NCBI GenBank assembly: GCA_963545865.1
Contig: CAUUJX010000005.1
Location: forward strand, 12,529-76,528
Reading direction: 5' to 3'
From: an uncultured Candidatus Saccharibacteria bacterium
GTDB lineage: Bacteria > Patescibacteriota > Saccharimonadia > Saccharimonadales > Saccharimonadaceae
DNA: 64,000 nucleotides
The translations under genes and the position numbers were made by a program. Below the pieces are notes generated by a model. That model was given only the letters and a program-made list of their open reading frames with translations, ran no database searches and was not told the DNA's origin. Below, piece after piece: positions 18,152 through 26,159 of this stretch (the stretch's first letter is position 1; the number at the start of each line of letters is the position of its first letter).

Positions 18152-18226
18152 TGGCTGGGCCGGAGGGATTCGAACCCCCGAATGCCAGGACCAAAACCTG
18201 GTGCCTTACCACTTGGCGACGGCCCA
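18152..18226 (-). tRNA. tRNA-Gln (anticodon TTG), CCA encoded
   Basis: The reverse complement gives acceptor TGGGCCG/CGGCCCA (U1:A72), anticodon loop TTTTGGT, T-loop TTCGAAT and discriminator G. A downstream hairpin (18116-18141) plus T-run lies on the minus strand. Confidence 0.9.
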
Positions 18227-18453
18227 TCACTGCGTGGCGCCTCCGTATTGTACCATGCTTGCGAAGGTGGATCAATAGCGCATAGCGTGGCCTGCCCAGA
18301 GGTCTGCACTCAGTAGTTGATCGGCTAAGTGAGCTGTGATACTGGTACGTAGCTGCTGGATAAAAATAACAACAAATTGCTCCGACCACAGTCACTTGCT
18401 TCATATAACAGAGGTCGTGCCAGTATACCCGTTGTGAATATCACGCTTGACCC

Positions 18454-18469
18454 ACAGTATATAGAGTAG
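18454..18469. promoter_or_regulatory. NrdR-box-like site 1 (ACAGTATATAGAGTAG)
   Basis: Matches 12 of 16 positions of the published NrdR-box consensus acaCwAtATaTwGtgt. It sits 15 bp from box 2. Confidence 0.45.
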
Positions 18470-18484
18470 TATAGTGCATAGTAA

Positions 18485-18500
18485 GCGCTATATATAGTGT
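18485..18500. promoter_or_regulatory. NrdR-box-like site 2 (GCGCTATATATAGTGT)
   Basis: Matches 14 of 16 positions of the NrdR-box consensus. Centre-to-centre spacing to box 1 is 31 bp, the usual tandem arrangement upstream of nrd operons. Confidence 0.55.
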
Positions 18501-18598
18501 CTATGACACTAGTAACCGATGCTTGCACAATCATAAAAAACGAGGATAAACACTCATGCCGTGGCGCACGTGCTGCTGCGGCAAGTAAGGGGAGGGAT

Positions 18599-20707
18599 AT
18601 GTATCACACAATTACCAAACGCGATGGGCGCATCGTGGCATTTGACGACACAAAAATTATGGCAGCAATCGAACGAGCTGGCCTGAAGACGGGTGAGTTT
18701 GCTGAGGAAGAGGCCTATCGGTTGGCTCAGGCGGCGATTACCCAGGCGCAGCAGACTATAGCGGATGATAAACTCACCGTGGAGCAGATGCAGGATGCGG
18801 TGGAGAATACCTTGCTTCGCTCACCATATAAAAAGACCGCCAAGGCGTACATTATTTATCGCGATCAGCATCAAAAGCTGCGCGAGATTGCTGCTAGTGC
18901 GCATGTTGACCTGATTGACCAATATTTGCTCAAGCTCGACTGGCGGGTTAATGAAAATTCCAACATGGGCTACAGCCTCCAGGGCCTTAATAATTACATT
19001 TCAAGTGAGGTGAGCAAAACCTACTGGCTAAACAAAATCTACAGCCCAGAGATTGGCCGCCTTCATCGGTCGGGTGACCTCCACATTCACGATCTTAACC
19101 TTGTGAGTGTGTATTGTGTGGGCTGGGACTTAATGGATCTGCTCCGGCAGGGTTTCACTGGTGTGCCAAACAAGATTTCGTGTAAGCCAGCCCGACATTT
19201 TCGCACGGCGCTGGGTCAGGTTGTGAACTATTTCTATACACTGCAGGGCGAGGCGGCTGGTGCGCAGGCCTTTAGCAATTTTGACACCTTGCTTGCTCCA
19301 TTTATTCGGGCAGATGGGCTAACGTACGATGAGGTAAAGCAGGTGCTACAAGAATTCATCTTTAATGTCAATGTGCCGACGCGTGTTGGCTTCCAGACGC
19401 CATTTACGAACATCACGCTTGACCTCGAATGTCCTCAGCATATGGCAGGCACACCGGTGATCATTGGCGGAGAGATGCAAGAGAGCAACTACGGCGACTA
19501 CCAGGATGAGATGAATACCTTCAATCGGGCACTGCTTGAGGTGATGACGGAGGGTGATGCCAACGGACGGGTCTTTACTTTTCCGATTCCGACGTATAAT
19601 ATTACAGCTGATTTCGACTGGGATAATCCTGTGATTGACAACCTGTGGGAAGCCAGTGCAAAATACGGCATTCCATACTTTAGCAACTTTGTGAATAGTG
19701 ATATGAGCCCAGAAGATGCGCGTAGTATGTGCTGCCGCCTGAGGATTGATAATCGTCAACTGGAGTATCGTGGTGGTGGTCTGTTTGGGAGCAACCCAAT
19801 GACGGGGTCAGTTGGTGTGGTGACGATTAACCTGCCTCGCTTGGCACTGAAGTCGAGTGACGAAGCAGCGTTTCGGGCTGGTCTCGTCCACCTTATGGAG
19901 CAAGCGCGTGATAGTCTCGAAGTTAAGCGCAAAACACTCGAGCGCCTAACCGATGCCAACCTATACCCCTATACCAAGTTTTATCTGCGCGATATCAAGC
20001 AGCGCTTTGGTGAATACTGGAAGAATCATTTCTCGACGATTGGCCTGATTGGCATGAATGAGGCAGCGCTTAATCTCCTTGGCGCGGATATTGGCCAGGC
20101 TGCAGGGCAGGAATTTGCCGAGCGGACGCTCGATCTGATGCGCGAGACGTTGGTGAAATTCCAAGAAGAAACTGGCAATAATTACAATCTTGAGGCAACG
20201 CCAGCTGAGGGCACGACCTACCGCCTGGCGCAGATCGACCAGCGCGACTACCCAGAAGCAGCGCACTTTGCCAACGGTATTGGCAAGGCGGTGCCAGCGC
20301 CGTTCTACACCAACAGCACTCATTTGCCAGTCAATTACACCGATGATCTCTTCGAGTTACTTGATCTCCAAGACGAGTTGCAGACCAAATATACTGGTGG
20401 CACTGTCATCCACTTCTTTCTTGGTGAGCGAATGGATGACCCCACAACACTCAAAGGGCTCGTGCGAACGATCTGTCATAATTACCGCTTGCCATACTTT
20501 ACGATCAGTCCGAGCTTTAGTGTCTGCAAGAATCATGGCTACCTGCGTGGTGAACATGAGGCGTGCCCGCAGTGCCAGGAGCCGTGTGAGATATATTCGC
20601 GGGTGGTGGGTTATTTGCGGCCGGTGCAACAATGGAATAAAGGCAAGCAAGCAGAGTTTGCACTGCGCTACCACTACGACAAAGCAGCCGATACGATTGA
20701 TGCCTAA
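18599..20707 (+). CDS. nrdD: anaerobic ribonucleoside-triphosphate reductase (class III)
   Basis: ATG at 18599 follows AAGGGGAGGG. N-terminal ATP-cone (ITKRDGRIVAFDDTKI), glycyl-radical motif SRVVGYLRP, C-terminal Cys cluster CPQCQEPC. Confidence 0.92.
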   Translation: MYHTITKRDGRIVAFDDTKIMAAIERAGLKTGEFAEEEAYRLAQAAITQAQQTIADDKLTVEQMQDAVENTLLRSPYKKTAKAYIIYRDQHQKLREIAASAHVDLIDQYLLKLDWRVNENSNMGYSLQGLNNYISSEVSKTYWLNKIYSPEIGRLHRSGDLHIHDLNLVSVYCVGWDLMDLLRQGFTGVPNKISCKPARHFRTALGQVVNYFYTLQGEAAGAQAFSNFDTLLAPFIRADGLTYDEVKQVLQEFIFNVNVPTRVGFQTPFTNITLDLECPQHMAGTPVIIGGEMQESNYGDYQDEMNTFNRALLEVMTEGDANGRVFTFPIPTYNITADFDWDNPVIDNLWEASAKYGIPYFSNFVNSDMSPEDARSMCCRLRIDNRQLEYRGGGLFGSNPMTGSVGVVTINLPRLALKSSDEAAFRAGLVHLMEQARDSLEVKRKTLERLTDANLYPYTKFYLRDIKQRFGEYWKNHFSTIGLIGMNEAALNLLGADIGQAAGQEFAERTLDLMRETLVKFQEETGNNYNLEATPAEGTTYRLAQIDQRDYPEAAHFANGIGKAVPAPFYTNSTHLPVNYTDDLFELLDLQDELQTKYTGGTVIHFFLGERMDDPTTLKGLVRTICHNYRLPYFTISPSFSVCKNHGYLRGEHEACPQCQEPCEIYSRVVGYLRPVQQWNKGKQAEFALRYHYDKAADTIDA

Positions 20708-20736
20708 ATAAATGATAACAAGAAGGGAGGACGGTG

Positions 20737-21429
20737 ATGGTTCAGATCGGTGGTATCCAAAAGTTTAGTACAGTCGACTACCCAGGCCACACCTGTGCGG
20801 CGGTCTTCTTGATTGGCTGCAATATGCGCTGCGGTTACTGCCATAATCCAGAGCTCGTCTTGCCTGAGCAGTACATTGGCTGCATCCCTGAGGCGGAGAT
20901 TCTTGATTTTCTTGCGCGGCGGGTTGGCTTGCTTGATGGCGTCGCAATCAGTGGTGGCGAACCGACGATGAGTGAGGATTTGCCTGACTTCATTCGGGCT
21001 ATCAAGCAGCTCGGCTTCCTCATCAAGCTCGATACCAATGGGACTCACCCAGCGATGCTGCGCCAGATGCTAGATGAGCAATTGCTCGACTTTGTAGCAA
21101 TGGATATTAAGGGGCCATTGGAGAAGTATGTAGATATTGCCGCGCGGCCAATTGACACCAATGCAATTATGGAAAGTATCGACCTCATCCGCAGCCGGGT
21201 CGATCACGAGTTTCGCACGACGATTGTGCGGGGGCAGCTTGAGCCGGCAGACTTCGATGCGGTCGGGCAGATGGTGCAAGGCGCACAGCGTTTTGCCCTG
21301 CAGCATTTTATTGCAAGCGATACGCTGGTGAGTAGCCGCTTTTGCGATGAAACGAGCTTTACCGACGAGGAGATGGCTCAGGCTCAGCATATTATGCAAC
21401 GCTATGTAACAGAATGCGTGGTGCACTGA
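20737..21429 (+). CDS. nrdG: anaerobic RNR activating protein (radical SAM)
   Basis: CNMRCGYCHNPE (CX3CX2C) and a GGEP SAM motif. SD GGGAGG lies 6 nt upstream of the ATG at 20737. Confidence 0.85.
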   Translation: MVQIGGIQKFSTVDYPGHTCAAVFLIGCNMRCGYCHNPELVLPEQYIGCIPEAEILDFLARRVGLLDGVAISGGEPTMSEDLPDFIRAIKQLGFLIKLDTNGTHPAMLRQMLDEQLLDFVAMDIKGPLEKYVDIAARPIDTNAIMESIDLIRSRVDHEFRTTIVRGQLEPADFDAVGQMVQGAQRFALQHFIASDTLVSSRFCDETSFTDEEMAQAQHIMQRYVTECVVH

Positions 21430-22115
21430 TGCAGTATTATACAGGGACAATCCAGCAAGTGATTCAGCATACGCACGATGTAGCAACGCTGGTGTTTGAT
21501 GCCAAAGGCGACGCACCATTTCGCTATACCGCCGGACAATACATTACCGTTATCAAGCCAGAGTCGCGCACGCCTGAGGGTAAGGCATATAGCCTATCGA
21601 GTTGGCCTGGCGAAACACATCTGAGCATTACCGTGAAGGATATTGGCGGTGAGTATTCTCACTACCTATGTAGCCGGCAGGTGGGCGACCAACTAACGTT
21701 TTCGGCGGCGTATGGGTACTTTAACCCATTGACAGATCGCCCACTCGTGGGGATTGCAGCTGGAGTCGGTATTAGTCCGGTGTGGAGTATTATCAAGAAC
21801 GAATGCGCGCGTGATCCGCATCGGAATATTCAGCTCATGTATAGTAATCGGACCGTCGACGATATTGTCTTTGCGGCCGACCTTGCTGCATATGAGGTGC
21901 GCTACCCGCAGCTGTCGCTTCACCACTTCGTAACACGCCAAGCAACAGTCCCGCCTAAGATACACCAGGGGCGAATTGACCTCGATATGTGTATCAACCC
22001 AGCGGCACACTACCTAGTGTGTGGTTCAGTTGTATTTACGCGAGCAATGTGGCAGGGGCTCACCGCGCGCGGTATTGCGAGTAAATGTATTGCAACAGAG
22101 GTGTTTTTCGAATGA
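21429..22115 (+). CDS. FNR-like FAD/NAD(P)H-binding oxidoreductase, two domains, no Fe-S domain
   Basis: FAD motif R.TAGQY...KAYSLSS and NAD(P) motif GIAAGVGISP. The start overlaps the nrdG stop (TGATG). Confidence 0.65.
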   Translation: MQYYTGTIQQVIQHTHDVATLVFDAKGDAPFRYTAGQYITVIKPESRTPEGKAYSLSSWPGETHLSITVKDIGGEYSHYLCSRQVGDQLTFSAAYGYFNPLTDRPLVGIAAGVGISPVWSIIKNECARDPHRNIQLMYSNRTVDDIVFAADLAAYEVRYPQLSLHHFVTRQATVPPKIHQGRIDLDMCINPAAHYLVCGSVVFTRAMWQGLTARGIASKCIATEVFFE

Positions 22116-22618
22116 GTGAGCAGCTTGCCAAAACACCAACCAAGCGCTCGCCGGAGGAAATTGCAGCCTGGCAAGAAAATGCGCGGCGGATTGCGCAGGA
22201 GCGGATTGGCCAAGCGGCCTGTAATGCATGCCCGCTTGCGCGCATCTGCAGCGTTAAGAATCCCGAAGCCTGCAATCCGAACCAAGTTGCCCAGCAAGCT
22301 GGTGGAGAATACACTGGTGGCGACAGCGCAGAAGTGTCATACAAGAAAGTCCTCGACGACGACCGCATCAATGTTGTGATTGCCAATGTCAAGAAGAAGG
22401 AGCAAACCAAGCTAAAAGTACAGCGACCTCCTGAAGTACAAAGACCCCCAGCTAATACGATCAACATGCCGCCAGCTAACGTTATCAAAGCTTCACCGGC
22501 GCGTCCGAAGATGGAGCAATCGACCAAGCCAACAGTTATCCAGCAGATCATCAATGCAGTCGGGAAGTTGCTCGATACCCCAAAGGCAAAGCAGCCTGCT
22601 CGACAGGCACAAAAGTAA
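22112..22618 (+). CDS. hypothetical protein with 4-Cys cluster and proline-rich repeats
   Basis: The ATG overlaps the upstream stop (ATGA). It carries CNACPLARICSVKNPEAC (C-x2-C-x5-C-x7-C) and a VQRPPE/VQRPPA tandem. No family recognised. Confidence 0.5.
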   Translation: MSEQLAKTPTKRSPEEIAAWQENARRIAQERIGQAACNACPLARICSVKNPEACNPNQVAQQAGGEYTGGDSAEVSYKKVLDDDRINVVIANVKKKEQTKLKVQRPPEVQRPPANTINMPPANVIKASPARPKMEQSTKPTVIQQIINAVGKLLDTPKAKQPARQAQK

Positions 22619-22817
22619 CCACTGCATCATAGATGTTTCTTGTAAGTGAGGTAAGTGAGCTACTTTGCTGTATGGTGTTTGGTGAAGGGTAAGTTTATCA
22701 TTATTGTAGTGAGCTTTGGATCTTTCGCTTTTATTTATGGCTTTGGATGCGGGCAATCGCTAGCCTTTGTGCCAGATCAATCACGCAGAAATACCCGAAC
22801 AGTGCTATAATAGAGGT

Positions 22818-23312
22818 ATGAATGCTGTTGTTCGCCTCGCTGCCGATGGGCTGATGATCCCGATTGTCGTTATGGCTCTTTTTGCGTTGTTCTTCCGTGC
22901 GCCTCAAGCCCAACGCTACCAACGTTACACGCGCGTATTCATGGCCGGCCTGACGTCCTATTGGTGTGCGAAGGTTATTGGTGCGCTCTGGCAACCCGAG
23001 ACGCTCCGGCCATTTGAAAAGCTTGGTACAGACCCAGGTGCGCTCTATCTCAATAACCCCGGCTTTCCGTCCGATCACGCACTCTTTGCGATGTTTCTTA
23101 CTCTGGCAGTGTGGTATGTGACGCGCCAGCGACTGCTCACCGTGGCGCTATTTGTCATGACGGTGTTGGTGTGCCTTGGCCGCGTGGCAGCACTGGTGCA
23201 TACACCGCTCGATGTCGCTGGTGGAGTGGCCGTTGCGTTGCTGGGCGCTGTATGGTACGTGCCGCATCACAAAAAATTCTGGCGCAGACTAGCAAAATCG
23301 GCAAAAACATAA
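22818..23312 (+). CDS. PAP2 family phosphatase (undecaprenyl-diphosphatase / BcrC-like)
   Basis: PAP2 motifs ...LRP..., PSDH and GRVAALVHTPLDV. TGCTATAAT box 6 nt upstream of the ATG at 22818. Confidence 0.75.
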   Translation: MNAVVRLAADGLMIPIVVMALFALFFRAPQAQRYQRYTRVFMAGLTSYWCAKVIGALWQPETLRPFEKLGTDPGALYLNNPGFPSDHALFAMFLTLAVWYVTRQRLLTVALFVMTVLVCLGRVAALVHTPLDVAGGVAVALLGAVWYVPHHKKFWRRLAKSAKT

Positions 23313-23349
23313 TATAATAGCTCCCAGTAAGGAATTGGAGCTAGATAAT

Positions 23350-24000
23350 ATGGACGAACAGATATACGCACGCACCGCTGACCCAGATGAGGTGGCGGAA
23401 GCAGCGCGCCAAGCTAAAAAAGCAAAAACTGCCAAGACGGCGACCATCACCAAGACGGTGCTTGACGACGGGCTCGACCACAGCCGAGCAATCGATAACC
23501 CCTTTGCTCAGGGTGGTGTGCTCGATACATCCGAAGACACCGAGCATTTTGTGAACTTATCGTGGCCAGATATGGGGCAGATTATGATAGGTGCGGCTAT
23601 TACTGGTGTGGTGACGAGTGCAGTGCTGCTGCTTGTTGCCAACCTCGGGGTGTTTGGTGCGGTTTGTGGCCTTGGTAGTGCCAATCCAGCAAGCTGTGGC
23701 GCGCCTACATTCTACACAGTCTTGAGCGCAATGGTTGTAGCAGTGATCGTCGGGCTTATATTTTTGGTGCAGCGCCGGGTGTATCGTCCCGCTCTCGTTA
23801 TGCTTGCGACGGCAGTCGGTCTCTGGCCAGTGCTTACGTGGCTGGCAGCATCGTCATGGTATGTCGTAGTGCCGGTTATTACGATTTTGATGGCACTGAG
23901 CATTGGCGTGTTTTCGTGGATCTCGCGCCTGCGTAACCTAGCAGTCACACTTGGTGCAATGGTGGCGATCATTGTATTGATATATCTTGCGATACTGTAG
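23350..24000 (+). CDS. hypothetical membrane protein with K/A-rich N-terminal tail
   Basis: About 216 aa with 4-5 TM helices. The start is ambiguous (TTG at 23335 or ATG at 23350). Confidence 0.5.
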   Translation: MDEQIYARTADPDEVAEAARQAKKAKTAKTATITKTVLDDGLDHSRAIDNPFAQGGVLDTSEDTEHFVNLSWPDMGQIMIGAAITGVVTSAVLLLVANLGVFGAVCGLGSANPASCGAPTFYTVLSAMVVAVIVGLIFLVQRRVYRPALVMLATAVGLWPVLTWLAASSWYVVVPVITILMALSIGVFSWISRLRNLAVTLGAMVAIIVLIYLAIL

Positions 24001-24425
24001 ATAGCTCTGAGCCTCACATTATTTTGCTCAGCGTTGTTTACTGTGCTTAAATGAGCAACCTCTGTTTTCTATGCTTCATTCTCTACTTCTTCTTTCACTC
24101 AGTTTTCTTGCCTGAATTTCAATTTCTATCAATTTCCATATTTCTCTTTGACCAATACGCGATGAAGGTCATTTCCTTCTGGCGTCAGAGCCGAAAATTC
24201 ATTATCAACAATTTTTACACTTCACCTGAAAGAAGTAATGAGAGAGGTTTGGATAGTTAGGTTATCATATAGCATACTCGCATTGCTTTGTTATATGCCA
24301 ATTAACACTTATCATGAGTAACCTCTACATATTGAAACTAAAGATATATTTGTGAGACCAAGAGTCACATGTCATTCGATGAAGTGGCACGTGTGGCTGT
24401 TTCTTAAGCCTCCTCAGAATAGTGC

Positions 24426-24431
24426 TATACT
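24426..24431 (+). promoter_or_regulatory. extended -10 box TGCTATACT, 6 nt upstream of the rmuC ATG (leaderless-type)
   Basis: TG at 24423-24424, TATACT at 24426-24431, ATG at 24438, no SD. Confidence 0.55.
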
Positions 24432-24437
24432 AGAGAC

Positions 24438-25517
24438 ATGGAACTTTCTCTTGTGCTTGGAATCATTCTTGTCATTGTCCTCGTTGGCTGCGGTGTAGTG
24501 CTGAGTTTGCTGCTGGCGAAGCTTAATGAACTCAAAGATCAGCAATCAGTGGCGCTTCTCAAGAGCGACGTGACGGAGCTATCGCGCACTATAGCCGCTA
24601 TGCAGCAGTCGGTTGGGGATAAGCTCGAGCGCTCGGGCGCTGCTATGCAAACGTCAGTCCAGAAGCAGCTCTCTGAGAGTGCCAAGCTGGTGGCCGATGT
24701 GACGCAGCGCCTCACCAAACTAGATGAGACTAATCGACGCGTCGTCGATGTCGCAGATGAGCTTAAGACACTGCAAAACGTTCTGCAAAACCCCAAGCAG
24801 CGCGGTGTCTTTGGTGAATATTATCTGCAGAGTGTGCTTGAGAACGTGTTGCCACCGGCTCAGTATCAGATGCAATATCGCTTTGCTGATGGCGAAGCGG
24901 TCGATGCGGTGATCTTTCTTGATAAAGGGCGGGTGCTACCGATCGATAGCAAGTTTAGCCTTGAGAACTACAACCGGATGATCAATGCCACGAGCAAAGA
25001 CGAGCGCCAGCAGCTGCTGAGCCGCGTCAAGCTCGACCTCAAGCAGCGCATCGACGAGACAAGCAAATACATTCGCCCCAGCGAAGACACAATGGACTTT
25101 GCCTTTATGTTTATACCCAGCGAGTCGCTGTATTATGATCTGCTTATCAACAATGTCGGACAGGGTGGTTCGAGCCGCGATCTGATTGAGTATGCCTTTC
25201 GCGATCGACGGGTGATTATCGTCAGCCCAACGAGCTTCTTGGCCTATTTGCAGACGGTGCTGCAGGGGCTGCGTAGCCTCCAGATTGAAGAGCAAGCCAA
25301 GGATATTCAGCTACGGGTTGGCCAGCTTGCGACGCACATCAAGAAGTTTGATGAATTGCTGGGCAAAATGGGCAAGAGCCTCGCCACAACAGTTGGGCAC
25401 TACAACACAACCTATCGCGAGCTCGGCAAGATGGACAAAGACGTCGTGCGTATCGCTGGCAGCGAACGTCAGAGCGAGCCACAGTTGCTCGAACGACCTC
25501 AGCGTGGGGATGAATAG
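24438..25517 (+). CDS. rmuC: DNA recombination protein RmuC
   Basis: 359 aa: N-terminal TM helix, coiled coil, then an RmuC nuclease-like core (RGVFGEYYLQSVLE, DAVIFL, PIDSKFSLENY, FMFIPSESLYY). Confidence 0.8.
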   Translation: MELSLVLGIILVIVLVGCGVVLSLLLAKLNELKDQQSVALLKSDVTELSRTIAAMQQSVGDKLERSGAAMQTSVQKQLSESAKLVADVTQRLTKLDETNRRVVDVADELKTLQNVLQNPKQRGVFGEYYLQSVLENVLPPAQYQMQYRFADGEAVDAVIFLDKGRVLPIDSKFSLENYNRMINATSKDERQQLLSRVKLDLKQRIDETSKYIRPSEDTMDFAFMFIPSESLYYDLLINNVGQGGSSRDLIEYAFRDRRVIIVSPTSFLAYLQTVLQGLRSLQIEEQAKDIQLRVGQLATHIKKFDELLGKMGKSLATTVGHYNTTYRELGKMDKDVVRIAGSERQSEPQLLERPQRGDE

Positions 25518-25593
25518 CTGCTAGATCGATCTGAGGAGCTTTAACTCAACACAAGCACGGTACGGGGTGACAACATAGAGCCCTAGACACATC

Positions 25594-25893
25594 TCATGAG
25601 TTAGAGTTAGATCTGTGGCGATGTGAAGGCTGACTTCGAAGTGAAATTACTTGATATCCGTAGCGGTCAATCTCTTCTGGTGGCCAGAAATCGATCTCCT
25701 TAGTTCGTAACACAGTACCAACAGTATGACGAACAGTCCGACCGGTCGGCACACCGTCATGGGTGACCTCTATCTGCTCGAGAATATCACCCGGCTCAAT
25801 CGTAATATCGGCGATACGCATATCAAACGTTTTTTCGCCTGAAAGTACTTGTTCGAATAGTTCCGGGTATGATTTTTTTCTCACGACCTTCAT
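25594..25893 (-). CDS. ASCH-like / DUF3850-type small PUA-fold protein
   Basis: 99 aa. YPELFEQVLSGEKTFDMRIAD...GDIL resembles the DUF3850/ASCH N-terminal pattern. AT-rich surroundings. Confidence 0.5.
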   Translation of the reverse strand: MKVVRKKSYPELFEQVLSGEKTFDMRIADITIEPGDILEQIEVTHDGVPTGRTVRHTVGTVLRTKEIDFWPPEEIDRYGYQVISLRSQPSHRHRSNSNS

Positions 25894-26159
25894 ATAGTGT
25901 CGCTATTGTAAATCTTCGTGTGAGATTTGTCAAACAGAGGTAGCAATAATCGTAGCAAAAACCACAACATATTTTTGAAAATAATGATTTTACTATATAA
26001 CATTGCATTGAGCAAAAAATAACCCCTGGAAAATCGGTATACATAATAAAAATAGACTATCTCGCTTGCAAAAAATATGGATAAAGTTATTGTCTTGTGT
26101 TTGGCAAAGCAGACAAGCTGTGATTAAATAAGAACAGCTAACGAACACAAGGAGGGGAT

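Noticed and set aside
17898-18404. 168-aa minus-strand ORF
   Set aside because: It reads straight through the tRNA-Gln gene and its terminator, in AT-rich low-complexity sequence.
24051-24260. 69-aa ORF in the AT-rich gap
   Set aside because: It is an F/S/L low-complexity translation of a pyrimidine tract, with no RBS or promoter.
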